DNA of 26,025 nucleotides from a virus (Duplodnaviria > Caudoviricetes), in the IMG/VR virus record IMGVR_UViG_3300017914_001634, positions 1 through 26,025 of that record; one strand, 5' to 3'. The number at the start of each line of letters is the position of its first letter. Position 1 is the first letter of the stretch. The position numbers and the translations under genes are program-made. The notes below the pieces were generated by a model. It saw only the letters and a program-made list of their open reading frames with translations, ran no database searches and had not been told where the DNA came from. Shown one piece after another: positions 1-8,287 of this stretch.

Positions 1-1
1 G

Positions 2-847
2 TTTGCTCGTAAAGCATTCCCTAAATATGCTCGATCTATTATGATGAGTCCAAAGGCTCGCAATGTAATGGAAGTTGCTACAGCAATCTACAACGAAGGA
101 TTTAAGAATGTTGTCATGGTTGTTGGTTCTGATAGAGTCAACGAATTTGAAGCACGACTTAATGCTGTAAATGGCAAGAAGGGTCGCCATGGCTTCTTTA
201 ATTTTCAAAAGATTTCAATTGTCAGCGCAGGTGAACGAGATCCTGAATCTGAAAGTATTACTGGAATGTCCGCATCTAAAATGCGTAAGGCAGCATCTGA
301 TAAGGACTTTACTGCATTCTCTCAAGGCCTACCTAAAAATGTTTCCAATCCAGATGCAAAGGCACTGTATAATGCAGTGCGTAAGGGCATGGGACTTAAG
401 GAACAAAAAGAGTTTAAAAATCATGTTCAATTAAAATCAGTTTCCGAAAAAAGAGAAGAATTTGTTGAGGGTATGTTCCAACCTGGTGATAAGGTTGTGA
501 TTAAGGAAACAGAAGAGATTGCAACTGTTGTTCAACGTGGTGCAAATTATCTGGTTATTGAATCTGATGGTAAACAATATCGTAAATGGTTGGATGCGGT
601 AGAGATTTTAGAGAAAAGAAATCCAGAGGATCCGGATATTGGTGATCGAAAAGGATCACAGCCTGTAAATTACCATAAAGGTTTAAAGAAATCTACAAAA
701 ATTGCTCGTGATAGACAATTTAAAAAGCAGGCAAAAATGGCAGATGATAACCCTAAGGCATATAAACCAGCGCCGGGGGATAAAACCGCCAAGACCAAGC
801 CTAGTAAATATACAAAGGCATTTAAAAAAATGTTTGGAGATGACTAA
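2..847 (+). CDS. Cytidylyltransferase-like (nucleotidyltransferase fold) protein of T4-like phages, 5'-truncated by the window, with a basic C-terminal extension
   Basis: The frame is open from base 2 (FARKAFPKYARSIMM...). Motifs VVGSDRV, SAGERDP and GMSASKMR match the phage cytidyltransferase-like family. The HxGH motif would lie upstream of the window. Confidence 0.7.
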   Translation, partial: FARKAFPKYARSIMMSPKARNVMEVATAIYNEGFKNVVMVVGSDRVNEFEARLNAVNGKKGRHGFFNFQKISIVSAGERDPESESITGMSASKMRKAASDKDFTAFSQGLPKNVSNPDAKALYNAVRKGMGLKEQKEFKNHVQLKSVSEKREEFVEGMFQPGDKVVIKETEEIATVVQRGANYLVIESDGKQYRKWLDAVEILEKRNPEDPDIGDRKGSQPVNYHKGLKKSTKIARDRQFKKQAKMADDNPKAYKPAPGDKTAKTKPSKYTKAFKKMFGDD

Positions 848-1083
848 TGAAATTTAAAGAGTATATCCAAGAGGACAAGGCAGGTAAATCACTTGCTGAT
901 AAGGCCGCAAAATCTGGTATCTCTGTAGGCACATTGCGTAAAGTTTATAACCGTGGTGTTGCTGCATGGAAAACAGGTCACCGTCCTGGTACCACTCCAT
1001 CACAATGGGGACACGCCCGTGTCAATGCATTTATTGTGAAAAAGAAGAAGGGTGGTCTTAACCACGATAAGGATTTAGCGTAA
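847..1083 (+). CDS. Conserved viral hypothetical protein (DUF5824-like)
   Basis: Motif VYNRGVAAWKTGHRPG..QWG.ARV..F resembles a family seen in large phages and algal viruses. TAATG coupling to the upstream gene. Confidence 0.65.
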   Translation: MKFKEYIQEDKAGKSLADKAAKSGISVGTLRKVYNRGVAAWKTGHRPGTTPSQWGHARVNAFIVKKKKGGLNHDKDLA

Positions 1084-1487
1084 TGCCACTAGGTAAGAAT
1101 GCAGATGCCGGGGATTTTATAAAGGATTTTCGTAAATCCAAAGCCCCACAATTTAAAGGCAAATCTGATAAAAAAATCCGAAAGATGGCGGTCGCTGCAT
1201 ATCTGAAATCTAGAGAAGAACAAAGATTACCAGACGAGGGCACTGATGCTGCATGTTCCCACGCCAAAAAGATGACTCCTGGTCAGGTAAACGAAGAAAT
1301 GATGTTTAAGGTATCCGTCGATGGATTACCAGATATGATTATGCTTGGCCGTAGTCCAGGTGATGTAAAAAACCAATTAAGAAAAATTGTTAAACAACCA
1401 TCCATGATCACAGATGTAGAACGGATGACAAAAGCCGAGGTAAAGAAACGTTACCGGGATATGGCAATGGATAAAGAAGATGATTAA
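1083..1487 (+). CDS. Hypothetical phage protein, basic and modular
   Basis: 134 aa ORF with TAATG overlap; composition consistent with neighbouring genes. Confidence 0.75.
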   Translation: MPLGKNADAGDFIKDFRKSKAPQFKGKSDKKIRKMAVAAYLKSREEQRLPDEGTDAACSHAKKMTPGQVNEEMMFKVSVDGLPDMIMLGRSPGDVKNQLRKIVKQPSMITDVERMTKAEVKKRYRDMAMDKEDD

Positions 1488-2022
1488 ATTTAAACAACAC
1501 GTAAAATCAGAGAGCATTCGATACCACGCAGACAATGCAATCCCATTGGGTGAATTGTTTAGAGTTGGTTCAGAGGAATATTATAGGGCATTCCGTGAGG
1601 CAAGAGAACTAAATGAAAAGGGTATCATTGAACTTGATGGTGTTGATAAACATCTAATTGAGGAAACAGATATTGGTGAATTTGCCATGTATGAAGGAAA
1701 CCATGTGCCATTGGATTCACCAATGATGGAATCTGAATACAAAGGTAAGGATGTTGAATTAAATAAACCAAAGGCTGGTGGGCCCAAAAAGTACTACGTT
1801 TATGTAAAGAATCCTAAAACAGGTAATATTAAAAAGGTTACTTGGGGCGATACCACAGGTTTGAAAATTAAATTGAGTGATCCTGCTGCACGTAAATCAT
1901 TTGCAGCAAGACATAAATGTGATACAAGAAAAGATAAAACCAAGGCATCCTATTGGGCGTGTAATTTACCTAGATATGCTCAACAATTAGGATTGTCAGG
2001 TGGAGGCAATTTCTATTGGTAA
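1480..2022 (+). CDS. Conserved T4-like phage hypothetical protein
   Basis: 180 aa. The C-terminal KKYYVYVK...FAARHKC...YWAC motif is typical of large marine phage proteins. Confidence 0.75.
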   Translation: MIKFKQHVKSESIRYHADNAIPLGELFRVGSEEYYRAFREARELNEKGIIELDGVDKHLIEETDIGEFAMYEGNHVPLDSPMMESEYKGKDVELNKPKAGGPKKYYVYVKNPKTGNIKKVTWGDTTGLKIKLSDPAARKSFAARHKCDTRKDKTKASYWACNLPRYAQQLGLSGGGNFYW

Positions 2023-2270
2023 AACCTTATATCGATGATGGTGACACTAGAACATTTAGTTCTGATGTTGACAGTGACGAATTAATATGGCATAGGGATA
2101 AACGTAATAGACAAATTACAATTATCTCAGGTACAGGATGGAAATTACAACTGGATGATAAATTACCAGTTGAATTGATTCAAGGTAAGTTATATGATAT
2201 TCCAAAAGAGGTCTATCATAGGGTAATAAAAGGTACTGATGATTTAATCATCAAAATATGGGAACACTGA
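2016..2270 (+). CDS. Small cupin-like protein
   Basis: TTG start with GGAGG 9 nt upstream. WHRD...IPKEVYHRVIKG resembles the two cupin His motifs. Confidence 0.6.
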   Translation: MVKPYIDDGDTRTFSSDVDSDELIWHRDKRNRQITIISGTGWKLQLDDKLPVELIQGKLYDIPKEVYHRVIKGTDDLIIKIWEH

Positions 2271-2545
2271 TGGCGGATACCAACTCACAAAGGCTCGATC
2301 GAATCGAGGAAAAATTAGATAAACTGGCCGACGCAATGATTTCCATGGCGCGAGCCGAAGAAAAGATTACAGCATTGCAAGACGATCATGAAAAAATGTA
2401 TGAACGTATTAATCGTTTGTCCCAAAAGCTTGATAGTATAGAGAAAAAGGTTGATGACAATGCACATACGGTATCCCTTATAAATAAGGTTGTTATTGCG
2501 GCAGTGGTTGCCGCTATTGGCTCACTAGTGGCCCAATGGATGTAA
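2270..2545 (+). CDS. Coiled-coil protein with C-terminal transmembrane helix (XhlA/holin-like topology)
   Basis: Likely start is ATG 2270 (TGATG overlap). Heptad-rich N-terminus followed by hydrophobic VVIAAVVAAIGSLVA. Confidence 0.6.
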   Translation: MADTNSQRLDRIEEKLDKLADAMISMARAEEKITALQDDHEKMYERINRLSQKLDSIEKKVDDNAHTVSLINKVVIAAVVAAIGSLVAQWM

Positions 2546-2557
2546 ATAGGAGAAAAC

Positions 2558-3292
2558 ATGTTTAAAAACATTTTTGCGGAGAGGGCCACTCTGAACGAAA
2601 AGGCTCAAGAAGAAATTGAAGAGATTGCACGCTCTATGACTCCAATGAGAGATAAGTTTGGCAAATCTAAAGCCGAAAAGGAGAAGGATGCCAAAGAGGA
2701 TAAAATGGATCCTGTAGGCCAGGAAGATGGTGATGTTGATAATGACGGTGATAAGGATGCATCTGATAAGTATCTATTAAAACGTCGTAAGGCAATCAAA
2801 AAATCAATGAAAAAAGATGATGAGCCTAAAAAGGATGGTGGTGATGAAACTGCCGAAATGAATCCTAAAAAAGAGGCATATGATGAACCACAAGGGCAGG
2901 CAAAACGTATGATGTCACCATTGCAAAAAATTAGAATGGATAAAGAAAAAGCAGACCGTGATAAGGATGGTAAGCTTAAAAAGGAATCCACATTCCGTGA
3001 TAAACTATTGTCAATTTGGGAAAAGGCAGACCAGACAAAGGGTGCAACAAAACCTGATGAAGGTGCAGATGCAAACAGTGGTTCTGCAAAGAAGATGAAG
3101 GATGGTCACGGTAAACCAGAAATTAATAATGACGAGGAAAAGAGTCATAGTGATGCCTCAAAGGCAGGTCGCACTGGCCCTACTGCAAAGGCACGCAGTG
3201 GTGGGGATCAAACTCGTAGTGGTGATCAAAAGGTTATTAATAAAGTAAAAGAAGCCTATGCTTCAATGTACAAAGAGGAAAGCAATGATTAA
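2558..3292 (+). CDS. Highly charged low-complexity phage protein, possibly internal head/virion-associated
   Basis: AGGAG RBS; 244 aa rich in K/D/E; DGDVDNDGDKD acidic loop. Confidence 0.7.
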   Translation: MFKNIFAERATLNEKAQEEIEEIARSMTPMRDKFGKSKAEKEKDAKEDKMDPVGQEDGDVDNDGDKDASDKYLLKRRKAIKKSMKKDDEPKKDGGDETAEMNPKKEAYDEPQGQAKRMMSPLQKIRMDKEKADRDKDGKLKKESTFRDKLLSIWEKADQTKGATKPDEGADANSGSAKKMKDGHGKPEINNDEEKSHSDASKAGRTGPTAKARSGGDQTRSGDQKVINKVKEAYASMYKEESND

Positions 3293-3611
3293 AGCACCAG
3301 GTTGGGCATCACATGCAATCCCTACTGTTAGGGGATGGGAAGATCCTATTACAGGCGAACTATTAAAATCAGGTCGTCACACAGAGGCACAAATTTCTGA
3401 ATGGTTTGGACACCCAACGGTAACCGAAACATGGCTCGTAGAGGAAACTCCTGCCGCAGAGGAAGTTGAAACCGATGAACCTATGGAAGATTTGGAATCA
3501 ATGACAAAACTTGAACTTGAAGCACTAGGCCGTGAACATGGCATTGAATTGGACAGAAGAGAGAAAAAGGATTCATTGGTAAGTCAGTTATCTAATTGGA
3601 TGAAAAAATAA
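3285..3611 (+). CDS. Hypothetical protein with C-terminal Rho-N/HeH-like helical motif
   Basis: Likely start is ATG 3285 after GAGG. C-terminal LESMTKLELEALGREHGIELDRREKKDSLV resembles Rho_N/LEM-like modules. Confidence 0.6.
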   Translation: MIKAPGWASHAIPTVRGWEDPITGELLKSGRHTEAQISEWFGHPTVTETWLVEETPAAEEVETDEPMEDLESMTKLELEALGREHGIELDRREKKDSLVSQLSNWMKK

Positions 3612-3614
3612 TTA

Positions 3615-3622
3615 GATAAATA
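3615..3622 (+). promoter_or_regulatory. T4-type late promoter-like box (GATAAATA)
   Basis: ATAAATA in a 16-nt intergenic gap immediately before the ATG at 3628. Confidence 0.45.
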
Positions 3623-3627
3623 CTTTT

Positions 3628-3996
3628 ATGATGATATTCAATGAATTAACAGAAGATAATCTTCTTCTCTATGCTGCCAAACATTATCGGAACCCAAACT
3701 TTTCGGACATCGATGAGTTTTATGAGGATCTGAAACGGTTCAAATATATTAAGCGCCTCGTTAATCGTTACCTGGATCAGGATGATTTATCGGAGCGCTT
3801 AATTCTTAACCACCTCATAGTGATATTCAATTCATTTGGAATTGAGGCGGCACTAAACATGTTGGATTTAAAACTGGATGGAAGACACTGGCCTGTCATA
3901 AAACCATTTTTAATTTATTTGAAATATATTAGAGATGATCAATACACAGGTATCCCTATGGACCAGGATGTGATTACAGAGTTAAGGAAAATATAA
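3628..3996 (+). CDS. Conserved T4-like phage hypothetical protein
   Basis: EFYEDLKRFKYIKRL...LILNHLI motif, common in marine T4-like myoviruses. Confidence 0.75.
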   Translation: MMIFNELTEDNLLLYAAKHYRNPNFSDIDEFYEDLKRFKYIKRLVNRYLDQDDLSERLILNHLIVIFNSFGIEAALNMLDLKLDGRHWPVIKPFLIYLKYIRDDQYTGIPMDQDVITELRKI

Positions 3997-4580
3997 TGGG
4001 GATTGTAAAAAGAGGTGCTGACCTAGTCTATACCTTCCGATTTATCAGATTACTGGTAATGAAGTGGGAAAATTGGGATGCATACAAATTAGGTATCATT
4101 GATGAAAATGGTAAGAGAATTAAAAATGCCAAGATTGATACCGATGAAAAGAAATCTTCATATACTCCTTTTATTCGTCTTGCTGCTAATGTTAAGCGCC
4201 TGCTCGGAAAGATTCCAGGAGGTGGCTCCAGACTCGGTTCGTTCGCCGCAGCTCTGTATCTCATTAAAGAAAAGTACGATTTACGAGATGATCAAATCGA
4301 CAAGATTATGTCCGAGGTTGGATTCGATTCACTCGACCTTATGACCGAGGGCAACCAATGGTTTATATTAGAGAATGGTGCAATGTCACCGGGAGTGTAT
4401 CGAGTATACAATCCAAAAATTTTGAATAAGTCATTCGAGGAATTAGTTTTACCTAAAGACCAGGTAAAGATATTTGAAGGTGCTCCTGTAGGAAATATAT
4501 TTGGTATAGATATATTTGAGGCAACACATTTGAAAACAGGTCAACAGGTATACATTAGCGCTGCAGAGGTTTACAAATGA
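3996..4580 (+). CDS. Conserved T4-like phage hypothetical protein
   Basis: 194 aa with TAATG coupling; AYKLGIIDENG and SFAAALYLIKE motifs. Confidence 0.75.
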   Translation: MGIVKRGADLVYTFRFIRLLVMKWENWDAYKLGIIDENGKRIKNAKIDTDEKKSSYTPFIRLAANVKRLLGKIPGGGSRLGSFAAALYLIKEKYDLRDDQIDKIMSEVGFDSLDLMTEGNQWFILENGAMSPGVYRVYNPKILNKSFEELVLPKDQVKIFEGAPVGNIFGIDIFEATHLKTGQQVYISAAEVYK

Positions 4581-4864
4581 ACGAGGGTAATGGACTTTGG
4601 CATAATATCCACATGAAAAGAGCACGTGGTGAAAAAATGCGTAAAAAGGGTGACAAGGGTGCGCCAACACCAGAGGCAATGAAAAGGGCCAAAGGTGAAC
4701 AAAAAGAGGATACCACGACCGCCTCTATTCCTAATCCTGCCGACACTGCGCAGGGCCCAAGGTTGAAAACAACTGTAATGCATGACAGACGCCGAAAGAA
4801 AAAGGATCGTCCTGTCCTTCTGAAGAAATTTAGAAAATATATTGAAGATAAAGGAATCGTATAA
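4577..4864 (+). CDS. Basic hypothetical phage protein
   Basis: ATGA overlap; GLWHNIH.KR.RGEKMRK.G.KGAP module. Confidence 0.7.
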   Translation: MNEGNGLWHNIHMKRARGEKMRKKGDKGAPTPEAMKRAKGEQKEDTTTASIPNPADTAQGPRLKTTVMHDRRRKKKDRPVLLKKFRKYIEDKGIV

Positions 4865-5322
4865 TGTTATCTCTACTAGGTTCACTATTGGGATTTGCAG
4901 GTTCTGCCGTACCGGCAATTACCGACATTTTTCAAGCAAAAGGTGAACGTAAACATGAATTAGAAAAAATGAAAGCCATGGCTGAATTAAAGGCTCAAGG
5001 CTATGAACTTGATATGAAGTTCTATGAAAAGATGGGTGCAGACAAAGAGCACGAAAGATTAATTGCTCATGACACTGCCATTATGCAATCAACAGGTTGG
5101 ACATCTGTATTACAAAAGTCCGTCAGACCAGTTATCACATATGCCTTTTTTGGTCTGTTTGCCACAATTGAAATTACACTATTAATGAATGCTCTGGAAA
5201 TGGGAACACCATTTAGCGAAGCAATTAATCTATTATGGGATGAGGAAACAAAGGCAATCTTTGCGGCAATTATTTCATTCTGGTTTGGTTCACGAGCAGT
5301 GGAAAAAGCTCGGAGAAAATAG
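4864..5322 (+). CDS. 3-TM holin-like protein (GTA holin_3TM family-like)
   Basis: Hydrophobic N-terminus; SVRPVITY and ISFWFGSR motifs; basic C-terminal tail. Confidence 0.6.
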   Translation: MLSLLGSLLGFAGSAVPAITDIFQAKGERKHELEKMKAMAELKAQGYELDMKFYEKMGADKEHERLIAHDTAIMQSTGWTSVLQKSVRPVITYAFFGLFATIEITLLMNALEMGTPFSEAINLLWDEETKAIFAAIISFWFGSRAVEKARRK

Positions 5323-6783
5323 TTGTCTGAAAATTTATACAAGGGCGGGCCTGGAGACAAGTCCGCTCCTAATGATGTAAATACCGATGCATGGTTTCAG
5401 AATCTATCCGAACATTCCAAAGAGAGGGCACAGGATCCTAACTCTATTCTTTCACAGGCAAAGAATAAGGATACCTTCTTTTGTTCTATTCCATTTACCC
5501 AAGTATATTCTGAAATTAATGGTAATTATCAGGCATGTTGTTTTGGAGCAGATTCAAAAGTATCTGTTGAAAATGTATCATTAAAGGAATGGATGGAAGA
5601 AAGCGAATATATGAATAGTATTCGCCGTGAAATGCTTGATCCTAATTCAGACTTAAAAGCAGTTGATAGTATCTGCACAAGATGTAGAGATGATGAAAGA
5701 CGATATGGTAGGTCAAGGCGAACCAATTGTTTAAAAATGCACACCAATGATCCTGAATTTTGGGATGACATTCAAAAGTCTGCCGAAATGTTTAAGGCAA
5801 CTGATATGTGGGCATTCGAGGATAGAATTTGTGAAATTCAATTAAAAGTTTTTGGTTCTGAGTGTAACCTTGATTGTTATATGTGCATGCATGCAAATTC
5901 AACAACTCGGCAACAGGCAGCAATAAAGGGTGATGTCTGGAGTGACGAAATATTTGGTCGATTGGACAATAAAAGAAAAGAATATTTTAAAGATGTTACC
6001 AGAGATAGAACAAAGGGTATTGTTGATCAGGTTATTGAATTGGCACCATATACAAGAAGTGTAAAGATTATTGGTGGTGAACCATTGATTATGAAAAAAC
6101 AATACGAAATGTTGGATGCACTTATTGAATGTGGTGAGGCAAAAAATATTCGTATTAAATATCAAACAAATCTATCTAAAATGCAGGCAGGTAAACATAG
6201 ATTTGTTGATTATATTCCACATTTTAAAAACATTGCAATGGTTGCATCTGTTGATTGCATTGGAAAATATAATGATTATATGCGCCGTAAATCTTTCTGG
6301 TCCGAAATTGAAGAAAATATAAACATATTACAACCATATGATAATGTTGTTGTTGATTTTAATGGATTGGTATCCTTTCTCAGTGTAATGAGATTTTATG
6401 AGGTTGTTGATTATGTAAAGGATAACCCTGCGGTGCACCAATTAAACTGGGCAATGTTGGAAAGACCAAAACATTTAAGAGTAAACAACCTACCTCAACC
6501 AATCAAGGATAAACTAATTCCGAAATATAAAGATTGGCCAGATGTTGTTGCGGCATTGGAAATGCCAGCAGAACCAGATATTGATATTCAGGATGTTTTT
6601 GATTATCTCTTAAAACAGGATGAACATTACCGAGGTACCAAATATGAAATGCATTTATTTGAAACCTTTCCTGAACTTGAAGAATTTTATGTAAGAAGAA
6701 ATGATCCTAACCCAGATCAGGAATTGAGATTTGCCATGTGGGAAAAACAAGAGGCAGAGGCAATTTCTGGGGATATTCTTTGA
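5323..6783 (+). CDS. Radical SAM enzyme with N-terminal twitch/SPASM-like Cys domain (copy 1)
   Basis: CNLDCYMC (CxxxCxxC) and GGEP motifs; N-terminal C..PF...G...CC...CxxC; TTG start after GGAG. Confidence 0.85.
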   Translation: MSENLYKGGPGDKSAPNDVNTDAWFQNLSEHSKERAQDPNSILSQAKNKDTFFCSIPFTQVYSEINGNYQACCFGADSKVSVENVSLKEWMEESEYMNSIRREMLDPNSDLKAVDSICTRCRDDERRYGRSRRTNCLKMHTNDPEFWDDIQKSAEMFKATDMWAFEDRICEIQLKVFGSECNLDCYMCMHANSTTRQQAAIKGDVWSDEIFGRLDNKRKEYFKDVTRDRTKGIVDQVIELAPYTRSVKIIGGEPLIMKKQYEMLDALIECGEAKNIRIKYQTNLSKMQAGKHRFVDYIPHFKNIAMVASVDCIGKYNDYMRRKSFWSEIEENINILQPYDNVVVDFNGLVSFLSVMRFYEVVDYVKDNPAVHQLNWAMLERPKHLRVNNLPQPIKDKLIPKYKDWPDVVAALEMPAEPDIDIQDVFDYLLKQDEHYRGTKYEMHLFETFPELEEFYVRRNDPNPDQELRFAMWEKQEAEAISGDIL

Positions 6784-8030
6784 CATCAAATTTAAAAAAG
6801 GAACTTTTAAGGCAGATAAAGGATGAGGAAATATGGTATTGTCCTCGTCTTTTTGATCACATCTATACAAACGTAGATGGGGATTATTCGGTATGTTGTA
6901 TTGGTGGCCCAACTAATATAAGTTCATCAAAGGTTACTCCAACCGAGTGGTATACATCTGATGAGATTAATGATCTCAGATATGAAATGCTATCACCATC
7001 TAAAAGTTCTGCTACAGAAATAAAAAATATTCATTGTTACAGATGCATTAACCAGGAAAAAAATTATGGTTTATCTGAAAGACAAAAATTTATACAAAAT
7101 ATAGATTTAGAAGATACGGTATTAGATCAAACAATCCAATTTGTTAATGATGGGGAATATAAGTTTCAAGAACGAATTTTAATGGTTCAGGTTAGAATTT
7201 TTGGAAACCAATGCAATTTGGATTGTTATATGTGTCATCCAAGAAATTCATCAACCAGAACTAAACAAACTGAAAAATTTGGGTATCAAACCATGTTAGA
7301 TTGGGATCCACCATACCCTAAAAATATGAGATATGATGCAACTATAGAAAATTTGTTATCACTTATTCCTTATATTAGAACTATTGTTGTTCAAGGTGGT
7401 GAACCAATGGTTATGAAAAAACAATTTGAGTTCCTTGATGCAATCGTAAAATCTGGTCATGCCCATAAAATATCAATTGAATGTAATACAAATGGAACAA
7501 AATTACACTATGATGGGCATAATTTATTAAATTATATTAGAAAATTTAAACACACATGGATGAACATATCCCTGGATGGTTATGGTAAATATAATGATTA
7601 TATCAGAAGAAGATCAAAATGGGATGAAATTGAGTTTAATGTTAATAAATTAAAAGAGGTTTATCAAAAAATTTCTGTTTCGGTATTTACCACTGTATCA
7701 CTATTAAGTGTTCTTAGACTTTATGAACTTCAAAAATGGTGTAATGATAATGGCTTTAGACAAAGTTTATTTATTGTTGACGACCCTAAGGAATTACACC
7801 CCTGTCATTTACCGGCTAGAATAAAAAATAATCTTATACCTAAATATCAAGATTATCCAGTAATACGAAAGGCCCTAGAAATGAAAGGTAATGAAATATA
7901 TTTTAACAGAGCAATGGATTATATTGAGGTAACCGACAGGGCATATAATTATGCAATGGATGTAATAGATTTATACCCGGAACTTGATCCGGAATTTTAT
8001 GGAGAATGGAATGAAAGAACAATTAGTTAA
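6780..8030 (+). CDS. Radical SAM enzyme with N-terminal twitch/SPASM-like Cys domain (copy 2)
   Basis: CNLDCYMC, GGEP, NTNG and SLDG motifs. Probable TTG start at 6780 overlapping the upstream TGA (the track start at 6738 overlaps by 46 nt). Confidence 0.85.
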   Translation: MTSNLKKELLRQIKDEEIWYCPRLFDHIYTNVDGDYSVCCIGGPTNISSSKVTPTEWYTSDEINDLRYEMLSPSKSSATEIKNIHCYRCINQEKNYGLSERQKFIQNIDLEDTVLDQTIQFVNDGEYKFQERILMVQVRIFGNQCNLDCYMCHPRNSSTRTKQTEKFGYQTMLDWDPPYPKNMRYDATIENLLSLIPYIRTIVVQGGEPMVMKKQFEFLDAIVKSGHAHKISIECNTNGTKLHYDGHNLLNYIRKFKHTWMNISLDGYGKYNDYIRRRSKWDEIEFNVNKLKEVYQKISVSVFTTVSLLSVLRLYELQKWCNDNGFRQSLFIVDDPKELHPCHLPARIKNNLIPKYQDYPVIRKALEMKGNEIYFNRAMDYIEVTDRAYNYAMDVIDLYPELDPEFYGEWNERTIS

Positions 8031-8211
8031 AGCAGCAACAATGCATGCACAAGGTGAACTTGAGCGGGCAAAGACAAACATCATGGTCTACATGAACCAA
8101 AGTGTTGGTATTGGTGAGCACAGCGACATCGTTGAAGCCATCCAAGAGGAACTGGATAAAATGGCAGCGGCGGAAGACCGCATTGAAATGTTGAAAAAAT
8201 ATTTTTCTTAG
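8011..8211 (+). CDS. Small conserved helical phage protein
   Basis: ATG 8011 after GGAG; VGIGEHSDIVEAI motif common in T4-like phages. Confidence 0.7.
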   Translation: MKEQLVKAATMHAQGELERAKTNIMVYMNQSVGIGEHSDIVEAIQEELDKMAAAEDRIEMLKKYFS

Positions 8212-8213
8212 AC

Positions 8214-8245
8214 GTGTTTACATTCACGGCTAGTTGATATATAAT
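8214..8245 (+). promoter_or_regulatory. Sigma70-type early promoter for nrdJ
   Basis: TTTACA (8217-8222), 17-nt spacer, TATAAT (8240-8245). Confidence 0.7.
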
Positions 8246-8287
8246 ACTACCAGTTTCAACAACAATCAAAATTAAAGTGAGGTACTA

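Noticed and set aside
2605-2991. Ser/Leu/Phe-rich reverse ORF that looks like a membrane protein
   Set aside because: Artefact of the antisense of a K/D/E-rich gene.
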